Below are positions 42,061 through 56,050 of a stretch of 64,000 nucleotides of DNA, one piece after another. The stretch is taken from NCBI RefSeq assembly GCF_009914755.1, contig NC_060928.1; one strand, given 5' to 3'. Position numbers and translations under genes: made by a program. Numbering within the stretch: position 1 is the stretch's first letter; each line of letters begins with the position of its first letter. The notes beneath the pieces were generated by a model. It did no database searches, had not been told where the DNA came from, and saw only the letters and a list, made by a program, of their open reading frames with translations. The stretch comes from the human T2T-CHM13v2.0 reference genome, Homo sapiens.

Positions 42061-45000
42061 GGATGACACAGAGACTATTAAGAATAAATTTCTGTTCTGT
42101 TCTACAAAATCTATTGTATTCACTTTCCTTTCTACTAAAGATATAGAATGACAATGTGATGATGACAAAGCCAAACCGTTTAAGGCCAGGGATGGTGTTT
42201 AATTTATTTGCCTCCCTGGGGTTAGTAGAGTTCTCTGCACAAAGAATTTGCACCTATTTAATGATAAATGATATGACTGGAACTCAATAACAGATCTTTA
42301 GGATGGACTGAAAAACAATTCTGGAATTTCAGACAGTTTTGCAAAAGATTCCACAGAACTTCCACAATATCACAGGGCATAGGTTAAGGAAGAAACTGTA
42401 TTCAGGAAATTTACAAAACAAGAATCAGCAAGTAAAGAAGATATACAGTCTTGAAATCTCTCACTATCCCCAAGGAGAGGTGGTCTGGGGAAAGGATATG
42501 CTGCTGGACAAACCATTTTAGGGCAGGAAACATGTTTCCCATTACTATGGTCTTTATGGTACTAAGGTGAGAAATGGCCTTGTCAATTGCATGCGGCTTT
42601 AGGGGAGAAGACAAATATACTACTTGAGCACCAAGTACTCTGGGTTTGGGTGCTGCTGTTTATAGGGGTTGTCTGGGAAAACTAGCTGCCTAGCACCTAG
42701 AGATTTTGGGGCCTGTGGCTCATTGCAGCATTTCCTACTAGCTGAGGAGGCCCCTAGACCTCCTCGCAGCTGAGTTATGGGGAGTTCTTTCTAGGAGAAA
42801 GGAGAAGTAAGCCCCAGTACCAACAAGCTCATTGTTCAGCCAATTCTGAGAGAACCCTCAGAGTCATTTTTAGACAATCCTGCTTCTCGTAACCACATAA
42901 AACTACCTACAGATGACACATATCAGCATAGTATGATAAGTGACAATATTAGTATTGTTACTTTGTCGCTATGATAATAACATTTTATATTTCTTCTTAA
43001 ATACTTCTGTTTCTTAAATTTTTCTTTTACTTTCTCTGAAATTTTTACCAATACCTACTATTTTTCAAAGCTCCTACTTTCTATCAGTCACTTGACATAA
43101 AATTCTCCCAAGAATCTTGAAAGGTAGTCTTGATTAAATTAATTTTTGCAGATGAGACAATGTTTATCATGCAATTGCAATCATGTGTTGAAGTCCTCAG
43201 AGCAAGTATCTGGTCAGGTTGGGGCTGAAATTCAGGTCTCTTTGCTTCCAGAGATTGAGCTCTGCCTGTTAGGTGCTTCCCTAGGGATACTGAAGAGGGA
43301 GGAAGAGTTGTGCCTTTGTTGACTTTTCCTTTTGCTAAAGAAAGCAGCAGAATGCAGTGGTTTTCTCCTTCCTCTGTGATGCTCAGAGGAGGGGGATGTT
43401 TGATACGCTGGGCAGACTGCATCAGCAGTGCCAGTTAGCTGGCGTGCCCAAAGAGAAGGCAATTATGTCCACTCTGCCTGTGTGCTACAAAGACTAGCAA
43501 GAGTGTAGATAGGAATGTTATAGATATCAGCCAAAATTATTCAGGCATACCTGCAGGCCTCATAATAATTCACTAACAGCCCATTTGATTCAGTTGGTCA
43601 ACTACATTAGCCTGAGCATGCTATCTGTCACAATGGCTTCTGCAATCATTAAGGAGAAAAACTGTAAAAAATTGGATACCCCAAAAGCTTGCCAAAAAAA
43701 GTGAGCATTGCCATTTTCACTTAGCACAAATGTTGTCATAAAGAATGTCCATTGTTTCAACCCAATCCATTGCCTCTGTGGAACTTTGAACTGCTTCCTT
43801 AACTAGACATTTATCATGTCTTATAATGTCAGACATCTTACCCCAAATCTTGAAATTGCTGCAAAGCCCCAACCTATTATTCAAAAGGCCTGTCATTTAA
43901 GTGGGAACCTTTACTTGATGGTAAAGTGACAGGGAAAGGCAAGGTGACCAAAAGATGCATTTTGGGCTTAGAAAGAATTACACATTGGCAAAGCTCTTCT
44001 CTGTTCTAACTATTATTGTGACACATAGGGCAGGGAGGGAGGGAGGGAGAGAGAGAGAGACAGAGAACATAATGCATTTTCATCAATATCTCTGAGACCC
44101 TCAAACATGCAAAGGCAGAGATAAGAAACTCTTAGTCTCTCAGTCGGTAACTTATTGATTGCACACAATGTTCATTAATGAGCCAACTGTGAGACGGCTA
44201 GGACCAAAAAGTTTCTATCCCCAAATGTGCTGACATGTTTAAAATGGAATGCTTGTCTGCAAGAACACCTGTGTGTGAAACTGGGGATAAAACTTTTTGG
44301 AACCTTTGACTTATTTCTTGGGCTCACCGTCATCTATTATTCACATTGATAATTAGCTGCAAGGTCTATTCACATCACAAACAAGGAAGGGGGAGGAAGA
44401 GTTCAAAAAAAATCCTGCAAGTGCTTTACCACAAGTGAGTGGTTTTTGAAGGGGAGAAGTTTGTTACTAGATTGTTCTGACTTGTGCTCTGCCTGAGGAA
44501 GAAATGGGCAAGGAACTTCCTCAGAAGCTGAAGGCTTGGCAAAATCATTGTGCTACAAATGATAAGAGTGACAGGTCACCATCATTTTGCACCATGGATT
44601 GAAGAATTCAGTAGTCAGTATTACAGCTGTAGCTGCCAAGGCATAAGATAACATCTTGGCTTTTTCTAGAATCTAAAAAGGTAAGCTAAAACATATACAA
44701 AGACACACATATTAATGAGGCTGTCACATAGCAAGGTAACTTGGATCCCATTATATAATTCTCAGAGCGGAGAAAGTGACTCCTTTGATCCATCCCCACT
44801 ATCTAGGGCTCTCCCAAATTCCCTGCTGTGCTTGTCCAAAAGTAATGAGGTCTCTGAGCAATCAAGAGCGTGGTCCAAGTGACATGTGCATTTTCAGGCG
44901 ATACATTACATTTTAATGTTCATTTTCTAATTAGTGTCTAATATCAAAGAACATATGATTAAATACATATTATAGTACCAGGCACTGATCAAAGCATTTT

Positions 45001-45540
45001 GTACTCGTAAGCTTATTTCGTCCTCACCATAGCTCTCCAAAGGAGGTACTGTCTCTGTTTTACACATTAGAAAACAAAAACATAGAAAAGACACTCACTT
45101 CCTTTCCGAATCGAAGGCCCGGCTTGGCACTTCCTGGAATGGAAGCCCACTTTTTTTTATGCTATACTGTGCAGACTTCACTGCTGAACTTCACATTGAC
45201 TCTTGCTTGCCCTCAGACAGCATGAAGACTTCATCATTGCATCAGGTCTTTTTCTGGTGAGAGAGCTATCACTTAAACTACTTTAAGTAAAAATGAGATT
45301 TTTGTTCTTTACCTCATATTACTGAAATGTTCAGGTGTACTTCCAGACCTAGCTTCAGACTTACCTGTTTCCAAATGTCCCAAAGACATTGTCAGAATGC
45401 TATTAACATCTCCTGTTTTCTGATCCACCTTCTGTGTTGGCTTCATTCTCATGTAGGATGTTTTTCCTGTGGTGACAGACACAGTCTTACCTTTTATCAG
45501 CTGAGCAATGCTAGCAGAACTTGCTGAAAATTAAAGTTGC

Positions 45541-45889
45541 TGTGTTAGTCTGTTTTATGCTGCTGATAAAGACATACCTGAGACTGGGTAATTTATAAAG
45601 AAAAAGAGGCTTAATGGACTCAGAGTTCCACATAGCTGGAGAGGCCTCACAATCATGGCAGAAGGCAAAAGGCACATCTTACATGGCAGCAGGCAAAGAG
45701 AGAGAATGAGAGCCAAGCCAAAGGGAAAACTTCTCATAAGATCTCATGAGACTTATTCACTACCATGAGAACAGTATGGGGGAAACTGGCCCCATGATTC
45801 AATTATCTCCCACTGGGTCCCTCCCACAATACCTGGGAATTACGGGAGCTACAATTCAAGATAAGATTTGGATAAACCAAACCATATCA
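45541..45889 (-). mobile_element. THE1B-like solo LTR
   Basis: tgtgttagtctg...ccaaaccatatca; TSD gttgc/gttgt. Confidence 0.92.
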
Positions 45890-47276
45890 GTTGTCTTAAT
45901 AGTTCCTTCCCTCCACAACTTCAGGTGAAATATGGAAAAGAAAGTTATATTGCAAGTCTTGTTGAGGTTGTTGTATTTTAAACATTCATTTGTAAGAGTT
46001 CCTTTATGTTTGACCCTTTTCTTTTTTGGCTGCTAATAAAATTAAGACTTAAAGGAGAGGCCTGGTAGGATAAGAAAAAGACCTAAATTTGAGGGTCAGA
46101 ATCATTTATTAAGTTTCATTTCTAATATATGTGTCTTCGGAGAAGTCTTGCTATATAAATGGAGTCATAATGGAATAGATGGGGTTACATTATTTGATCT
46201 CTGAGGTCCTTTCTGGCTCTCAAGCTCTATGGAGCTGTCCAAGATGACTTTCGTAGGGGATCCTGAGTGTTTAATGAAAGGATTTTAACCTATCACCCAG
46301 ACTTTCTGGTTCCCAAACCCATAGATGATACAGAATCCAGGAACCCTTCTCATTAATAATAACAGGAAGGCTGCTGGTGGGTTTTAGGGATTAAAGTCAG
46401 AAGGTATCTCTCTGGGATTGAGAAAAAAATATATTCTGACTGAGTCTGGGGAAGAGAGTGGTGACGAAGAAAAATGAAGGCATTAGGGTCTCATTCTAAT
46501 TTGTTACCTTCACACTTTTGCTTGAAGGCTGAGTCCTCCATCATCTGAGTAGATTAAAGTAAGGTGAGAAACTGCCCTGTATGGGGGGCAGATGTTAAGG
46601 ATATATAATTGCCTACTGGAGGGGTGAGGAGACTGAAAGTCAGGGAGTCAGCCTGAAGCTGTGGGGATCAGAAGTGGGAACCCAGGAGTGGGGAAAGTGG
46701 GTGGATAGTGGGAAATCTGGAAATCCATGATCCCGAGGGAGAGGCACAGCATACAAGGCTGAAAAATAGAAAATGGTTCTTAGGCAGTTTCAGGTCTCAA
46801 CTGTTCAGTTATACCTTTATTTTTTTCAATTGTTTCTATAAGCTAGATTCAAATAAACTAACTTAAAAGAGGCAAACCTACAAGCAAGAAAATATCAACT
46901 TGAATGCCAATTTAAGTAATTTACCAAGATAAGTTTAACTACCTATATAACCGGACTACAATGCTGGAAAATCTATTCTGGAAGTGATTTTAAAATGAGA
47001 GGCTTGTCTGGTGAGCACAGAGGTAGAACAAAGGGAGATAGTCTTAGGACATAAATGTTTAATAACAACGGCTGATAGCCCAGGGTGTCTTCACAAGAGG
47101 GACACACGGGGATTGGAAGGCTCAAGATCATGAACTAGGGCCCCACTAACCTGCCAATGCTAGGCTCTCTGATTCTGTTTTCCAAAGTCCCAGGGTGTCT
47201 CTTTCCCATCTCTTATCCTTGGCACACTCATTTTTTAGATAAGCTAGTACCTTTTATTATAGAGGATCCATTTTAA

Positions 47277-47650
<374 letters not shown>

Positions 47651-47854
47651 TAACATCATTTAAATTGTGTTGGTTTTATAGCATAATTCTCAGAATTCAA
47701 GCTTTATGTTGCTGTCATCCCTGTCTGTTTCTCTCACTTGTAAAGACATTTTGATTTACCAGTTTCCTCTGAGAGTTAATGATGGAAAGAAAAAGAAATT
47801 AGCTTTATGTGTTCAGGAATTGTCCTTCCTGCTGCCTGACTAAAGAGAATTTTA

Positions 47855-48319
<465 letters not shown>

Positions 48320-49123
48320 TTACAGTTCTGTTGTTCTCCTTGGGCTGAGTTTCATGACACCCCAGAGGTTGGATGTTGTAATAGAAGGTTTCACAGTGAA
48401 ATTTTAATGGGTTATTTAGAGAGTGAGACAGACCCATTCTCATAATCAGTTACTAAATGCTTTTCTAAAAATGTCAAGAGCTGCAATTACATTGCAAGGA
48501 GTGAGTGTGTGTGAGTGTGAATGAGTGAGTGTGTGTGTAAGAAGTGGGGGGTGTAAGATATAACATTAATTGAGAGTTCATGGAAGTCACTTTTCTTTTT
48601 TTCTGGATAGCTGTTTTTAGTAATCATGCTCCGATGAACTTTGGCCTTGTAAACAGAATGATGGCAGTGATTCTATTGAAGTAAATTGGTTTGTTCTGAG
48701 ACCCCAAAGGATAACATTCAAGTAATGTGAAAGAAATTGTTTTAACAGTTAATTAAAAAACAAACTAAGCTAAACAAAACACCAAAAAACCTCCACCTAC
48801 ATTGGAAGATCAGTGACTTTTGTATTTCTTTTCTATTAAGGGTCTTTTAAAATAGATTTTGCATTTAGAAAATTAACGAGACTTACAGGAACATGTTAAA
48901 ACCCTACCAGTAACAGTTATGCCCATTATAATAACGCTATTTTAGAATGATGTTGGGGTATTATGTTAATATTAGGTTAATTTCAAATGGCTGTAGTATC
49001 CTCTTCCCTGAAGAAGTCATGCCAGCACCCCAAATTACTGCCGCTGATTACAAAATGAGAGCAGATTATTAAAATTTTTGTGACAAGAAAGCTATACATC
49101 AATGAATGGAATTAACATTAACA

Positions 49124-49167
49124 TTTTGTATTGCTGCCAAGAATTAAGCCTTGGCAGCAATACAAAA
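49124..49167. repeat. Perfect inverted repeat, 18-bp arms, 8-nt loop
   Basis: ttttgtattgctgccaag-aattaagc-cttggcagcaatacaaaa. Confidence 0.95.
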
Positions 49168-52100
49168 AAGTAAATTCACTTAAAAGTACACACACGACTT
49201 CTTTCCTGTGTTCATAATAGAGAAGTAGAAGAACTCAATGGGGAATCCAAGAGTTTCTTCACACTCTTTTGCCTAAAGACTGATTCCTCTCTGATCTGAT
49301 TGGACTAAAGTAGGGTGAGGAACTGCCCTCGATGGGATGCAGGTGTCAGGGATATCATCCCCATAATTGTCTACTGGAGGGATGAGGAGATTGAAAGCCA
49401 GGGAGTCAGCCTGAAGCTGTGGGGATCAAAAGTGGGAACCCAGGAGTCAGGAAGGTGGACAGACGGTGTGAAATCAGGGACATAGCATACAAGATTGAAA
49501 AACAGAAAGTGGTTCTTGGGCACTTTCAGGTATAAACTATTTAGATATACCTGCCAACACTAGGCTTTCTGATTCTGTTTTTCTAAGTCCCAAGGTGTCT
49601 CTTCCCCAGCCCCTCTCCATGGCTCACTCATTTGTTAGAGAAACTAGCACAGTCTGTGTTTAATGAGGGGCCAGACAGACTCAACCTGCCGTGTTTCTCC
49701 ATATGGATCTCCATGGTAGCTGTGAAACATTGCAAAAGTTGCTTCCTCTCCCTTCCCTTCAACTCCCCCTTCCCTTCAACTCCCCCCATTCATAGTACTG
49801 AACCAGCAGTCCCTTCCATGGGCAGAGAAGCTATGAGGCTTACCTGATTTTTCTAGAGTGCTATGATATCCTTGGGTGGTAGCCAGTGTCACCAGTGGGC
49901 ACTATGATGACTTACGGGTGTGCACCTTGAATGGCCCTGAAACTCAGGATGTTTTGTGGAGTTGTGTGCTGACAGATAACCCCTTCCTGTTACTGGGGTG
50001 TGTCAGGTACAGAGTGATTTTGGAGACCACAGTGGGATGGGAAGTGCCGATTTGCTCATCCTCCTGACAGATGCAGGCATGAGAGACAATGTGCTTAGAT
50101 TTTTATCCCTGTGTGCAACTCCTAGAATGGTTTTGAGAGGGAATAGGCAGCTTGCCTTTAGGTAACCATTTTGAAGATTTTCTATTGTTGCTTAAAATTT
50201 TTTAGTTAGAAGTAAGCACAATGCCTAATATATTCACTTCATATTTCATTAGTTTATTAAAGGGCAGGGGTTTTACTTTCCACAGAGACCTATTAAGGGG
50301 AATAATTTTATTAAAATCCGAATTATTATTTTAAGGCACATAAGTTAATATTCTTATTTGTGAAGTGCTCCCTCTCCCTGCTTAGAATGCTGCATTGACA
50401 ATTAAAATATAATAAAGATGATTAATAATGAATAAACATAATATTAAAATATCATAAAATATGCAATTAAAAAACACTAAAAACCCTAGCTGAGCAGAAT
50501 CATTAGAAAAGGCTAATCATGACTAGAAGAGAACTGCTTCAGGAAGACGATGTTGCTAAGCTTTATTTAACCATGGAGAGTCTTCAAAAAAATGCCAAAC
50601 TCATGACTTATCAGTGAGGATAACGTGAATCTGGTTAGACCCTTGATGCCCTAAATGAGAAAACAAAAGTGACCGGGGTCACTTCCATAATTTGTCCTTC
50701 CTGTTATTTCTGTGTCATAAACAGGCCTACCTCAAACCTGAAGGAAAGTAGCCAGATGTGTAGTCAAGCGTGTTCTTCTGGTCATAATACATTTTAATGT
50801 TATTTTATGAAATTTAATCCTGTTTACATAAATATCAACACGCATGTGTTATTGAAACCAGCTCTCTAAAAAAATGGACTAGGTAACCTCTGAAGCGATT
50901 TCCTGCTTCCAAATTCTACCCCTTATTAAATAGGGGGTCATGAAGTAACAGAAGGCATTGAACAAAGATTTAGGACCCCTGGGTCTTGGCCAATAGCAGT
51001 GGGATCAAAAAAGATGGTTTCATATTCAGGGTTTCAGTTTTCTTATCTCGAAAATGGGAATTCCTCATTGATTGCTGTGAGGAACAAATAAAACCGTATA
51101 TGAAAATGCTTTAAAAGTATATATTTCTAGAAACAATACAAATACTATTTCCTTAGCTCATAAGGTGCTCAGATCCAGAGTTGACATTTAGGATCTGTCA
51201 CTCTGGGTGATTGCTTTTAAGAGCAAGTTGACTCCATTTTCTCTCTTGATTTCCAATTTTCTGTTTCTTTTTTTTTTAATTGATCTCAAAATTTATGTTG
51301 TCTTTGTTTCTTTGCAATCTCAAATTCTTTCTAAAAAGAGATAGAGTGGAAATAAATGAAAACTTAAAAACTGTTTTCATTGTTTTATAAAAATCATTTG
51401 GCCCACAGAATATCTAAATTGGAATTATAACTCATTGTACAGGGAATTTTATATTTTTCTATTAGAAACTGATGACTTTGTAGTTTCAAAGGTGGTTTGA
51501 TTTTCGAGATGCTGCTAGTAAAATGCCCTGGGAGGCAAACACATTTAAGTTCTTGCCTATTCCTTTCATGTATCGGTGAGAGAAATTTTGCTTTCTCACT
51601 GAACTGGTATTTGAGAGGGTGAGGCTCTTAGGATGCTGAAAATAACAACTTACCTTGTGCCAGATGTGAAGTGCTCTGTCTAGTCCTTATTACCATCCTG
51701 AAACGTTGGCATTGTGAGTCCTCTTGTACACATAGGGAAATTGAGGTGTGGGGAAGTGAAGTTACTCAGGTTTATGGAATTGCAAGATTACGTAGCTGGG
51801 AAGCCTGGAAGCTGGGATCCAAATCATAGAGAGAGGAGAATCTATCACCAAAAATTGGGACAGACAGGCATTGTTCAAACCTGTCACGAGTTCGCGTGGG
51901 AACATCACTTTTCTTCTCATCTGACTTAGAAGGGCAGAACCCATGGACTGGGGAAAGCCATGGTTTTGCTGGATCGTGTTTCATGGGTATTAGGCCATAC
52001 TTGTACCCACCTCTCATCACGGTGACCTTTGCTGCTCTGTTCAAGACACAGAAGGAATGAGCTTGTTACTCTCCTCCTCCTTTAACTATCACCTCTGCTT

Positions 52101-52288
52101 TTACTGCAGAGAGTAAGAACGTGAGATTTGAATCATGCAGCTCTTCACCACTCTACTTCAGTTTCTTTATCAGTGAAATAGGAATAACATGAGATTCCTA
52201 TAGGAATAACAGTTTCTTTATCTGTGAAATAGGAATAAATTTGGTAAGTCATGTAAGTACTTAATGCCTAGCAAAACCAAGGGTTCAA

Positions 52289-52468
52289 ACTAAACAAGAG
52301 AGTTAGAATAAGCAAATAAAGACTATCAGAATGTCTGCAGTTTGGTTAAAAGCTTTGCAGTCTTGGACATGGCTGTGTTGGATTAATAAAAATTTCCATA
52401 AAAAAGCACAGTAGCTTAGTACTTCCAATTTCCAAATAAAATCTGAATATTGCGATTATAAAAAAAAA
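52289..52468 (+). pseudogene. Orphan 5'-truncated retro-insertion (3'UTR-like fragment) inside a MIR tail
   Basis: Flanked by aaaac(c)aagggttcaa direct repeats; AATAAA at 52435 lies 19 nt before an A9 tail. Confidence 0.65.
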
Positions 52469-52765
52469 CAAGGGTTCAATAAATGTTAAGTGTTACTGCT
52501 CTAATATCCTCATCCACTGGGAACAACTAGAGTGTACAACACTTGTGTATTCTGTGATTGAACTCCTCTTAGCTTATGAGCCCTTCCATTTTCCCCTGTG
52601 TCAGGAAAAAGAATCTTGAGCTATGAAGTTCAAATGATTTAAAGCTTAGTCTTTTGGTTTGATATTCAGTGAGATTCAAGGCTCTACTCTTCCTTCTCTT
52701 CTTCCCCTTCAGGATGGCATCTGGGTTAATGGGGAGAAGGTTTGCATATGTAATTCCTTTCCTAG

Positions 52766-53105
52766 TGTTTCAGTCCATCCGTGGTGCTATGACAAAATAC
52801 CATAAACTGAGTGCTTATTTTTATAGCTCTGGAGGCTGGATGTCCAAGATCAAGATGTTAGCAGATTCGGTGTCTGGGGAGCGCCTGCTTCCTGTTCTTG
52901 TCTTTTTGTTTTGTAGACTCATATGGCAGAAGGAGCAAGGGAACTCTCTGGGGTCACTTTTCTAAGGGCACTAACCCCACTGATGATGGCTCTGCCCTCA
53001 TGACCTAATGGCCTCCCAAAGGCCCCACTTCCTACTACCATCGCCTTGGAGGTTAGGATTTTAATGTTTGCATTTTGGGGCGACACAAGAATTCAGTCCA
53101 CTGCA
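52766..53105 (-). mobile_element. MLT1A-like solo LTR
   Basis: 'ctctggaggctggatgtccaagatcaagatg...aagggcactaacccc...cctcccaaaggccccacttcct'. Confidence 0.85.
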
Positions 53106-54226
53106 TCTGAGTTTCTACCGGCTCCTAATTTCACATCATCACTGCATTGGTTCCCACTGTTACCATTGTTCAAGGCTGGGTGCAATGACAGCTGGGAGCT
53201 GGCAGGGCCCTGGGAGGCATCCACACCTCTGGCTGGCTGGCTTAATGTCAGGGCTCTCAGCTGGAAGAGCGGTCCTGGATGATGTGGTGCACGTAGGCCC
53301 CCCATTCCCAGCGATACCCCAGTAGCATTCAGCATTACTTCTGCTTTCTGGTGAGGGAGCTGTCACTTCTCCCTTTGGGCTCTGCCAGCCCTCAATGCCT
53401 ACCTTCTGGGCTGATGTTCAGAGTGGCTTGCCAGGACTATGTGCCCCTACTCTCTATGCTTCCCCCTTCAGGGGTCCAGAGATATACCAAGTGGCCTTCA
53501 GTGCCTCCAGAGCACAGGGAATGGGATGGATGCCCCTCTGTCAGTGAGACAGACTTCAATCTGGGTCCCTCACAGCCCACTGAGGGGGGCTAGTTTGTGA
53601 GCCTCTCAATTGCAGACATCTTCAAATAAAAAGTGGATGCTAGTGTCCTCATTTTGAAATTGATCACACCTCAGGGTACATTCTCTCACCAGCCCCCAGG
53701 AATCACCGGGCAGTGCTGCATGTATTTCTCTTCCTCTCCCTCTGTCAGCTCCACTCAACTCTTCCCCAGGTTCATCTCCGCCTTCTTTTCCGGAGTGGCT
53801 GCAGAAGTGAGGTCCACTGGAATGTCTCTACTGTCAGGGTCACAGTCTGCCACCTCATTCACCTGAAGGGGTGTGTTTGGCACCTGAGAGGGATGCTTCT
53901 TTGAGTGTGAAGACTGAAGGATAGAGTCCTTCTCTTGTTTTTGTTAGCTTGTTACCATTTATTGGATGCTTACCATGTGCCAAGCACTGAGGTCTGTTCT
54001 TCATAAGCAGCATCATGTATCCTGAGAGCTCTTCCTAGGAGGTAGGCATGGGTACTCTGCTGCTTGTACAGAGAATGAAGCTTGGAAAAGTTTAGTGACA
54101 CAACCAGGCAAAAGAGTGGTGGGCCCGGGACTCCCATCCTGAGGGGTTTGGCCCAAGTGACTCAATAAGTAATTGGGAAGCTGAATATCTCATGAGGGGG
54201 AGAACTAGATTGTATGTTTACCCAGC

Positions 54227-54230
<4 letters not shown>

Positions 54231-54275
<45 letters not shown>
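54231..54275. repeat. (CT)n microsatellite, about 22 units
   Basis: Pure ct run. Confidence 0.97.
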
Positions 54276-54277
<2 letters not shown>

Positions 54278-54339
54278 GCCTTCCTTCCCTCCATCAGCCT
54301 CCCACCCCCATTTCTCTCTTCCCATCCATAAGGAAGGTT

Positions 54340-54960
54340 CTGGTCTAAAGCCACAATTAATTGATAATTCACGGTTGCTTCCTGTCCCTATGTCTTAGTT
54401 GTGTTGTTTTTTCTTCCTAGAATGTACTGTCTCTATCTAGAAAGCACCAACTCATTTTTTACTGCCTGTATTTCAAGTGCCACCTGTATCACATCATCCC
54501 CCACGTCCTCTTTGGGAGTGGATTGTAAACTCGTGTTGTGTTTCCATGAAGCGTTTTGTGTGTACACTGTTGTAACACTTCAGCTGTGCTGTGGTTGCCA
54601 GACCTCTCCTCTTCTGATAGTTTTTTGCCTCTAGGTTAGAACAATTCTGCAATGTATATGTATTACATATACATGGAAAATATATAATATTTTACAGTCA
54701 ACGTGTACATTGAATGTTACATTTCTTTGCTCTGCTTCCCCTCCCTCAATGTTATGTACATGTTTTCTAATAGATAACATGTTCAAATTAGGAAATGTGG
54801 TCAGTGCTTACCTTTGAATCTTGCTTGGTGTATTGTGAACTCAGGGGTGCAGGCATAAGTGAAATAATTTTTCACCTCTTTAGTCCCAGGCTCTGGACAA
54901 TTTGCCTTGCATGTAACAACCTATTGAATAAATGAATAAATAAACAAAAGAATAAATGAT
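54340..54960 (+). mobile_element. L2 3' region (degenerate, interrupted)
   Basis: 'tgttttttcttcctagaatg...tagtcccaggctctggacaatttgccttgcatgt...ttgaataaatgaataaat' tail. Confidence 0.55.
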
Positions 54961-55419
54961 GTACCAAAAATAACGTGGTTAGAAGTGAAATTTATTTAAC
55001 TTACAGCTTCACATGGTGTTCGCCATTTGCTTGGAATTTTCCTTCTACAACTCTCTAACTTGGAATTTTTATTTCGGGGAGTCAGATGAATCTTTACTAA
55101 CTAAATGTTTGACTTCTCACATACAGTGGCTACTTATTAACTATTACACTTTGTAGGTCAGTCAGTTGAATCTTGATTTATTTATCAGTAAAAATGGGAT
55201 AATAGTATTTATCTGCTTCCGAAATTTGGAAGGGTTTATAAACTGTCAAGCACTATGCTCATTTAAGATATTTTTCTTAGGATTACTACAATCTTCACAT
55301 GTTCCAGAGCTAACCTAGGTTGCTAATTTTTCATTGACGCTCTCATTCTGGTTGCTCACACAGTAGCTTCCTCTTCTTCCTCCATCCTAGAAAATTTTTT
55401 AAAATTTATTTTTATTTTT

Positions 55420-56050
55420 TAGGTATTTACCCCTCTCCACGCAGCCATATGCCTCAGCAGAAGCTGATTACAACCCTACAAGGGTAGCAGGGAGATTTCC
55501 ATTTGTCTTTTGAGTAACGTGATAGGAATAGTCATGGGATCCAATTTTGGTCAATGAGATGTGAGGGGAAAGATTCTGAGAACTCCTTGGAAAAGTTTCT
55601 TTGCTGGCAAAAGAAAGGTGCAAATTCTTGCTCTGAGAATTATGTTTGCTCAGGTTCTGGGAGAAAACTGTAGTCAGGGGATTACAAGCCTCATTAATAG
55701 TAATAAAGAGCATGCATTCTTCAAAGATAAATGAACAACACATACATAAATAAAATAGAGAGAGTGCCATGGGGAGTGACTGCCTCTCCTCTTCCTGTGG
55801 GCATTATTATCTGGATGTGACACTTGCTTTAGTCATCATGCTCTCATTCAGAGGTCATATTGGTTCTGAGAACTCTGTAGAGCCAAGGGAAGCAACTTGG
55901 ACGTCTGATAACATTTTGAGTCACCGAATCATTCAACCCAGAGGCCTACCTGCCCGGGACTACCAGTTACATCAGAAAATATAGCATCTTATTATTTGAG
56001 CTAGGCTGAGTTAACATTTATGTTGCCTGCGGCAGCCTTCATTCTCACCT
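55420..56050 (+). mobile_element. Old MLT1 (K/L-like) LTR
   Basis: 'gtcatgggatccaattttggtcaatgagatgtgagggg...ggaaaagtttctttgct...ctgataacattttgagtcaccgaatca'. Confidence 0.6.

Noticed and set aside
54652-54674. Palindrome atgtatatgta-t-tacatatacat
   Set aside because: Low-complexity TA/TG sequence is self-complementary by nature
55620-55760. Possible foreign insert within the MLT1 LTR (similar block at 54610-54835 in L2)
   Set aside because: No convincing TSD or poly(A) tail; boundaries uncertain
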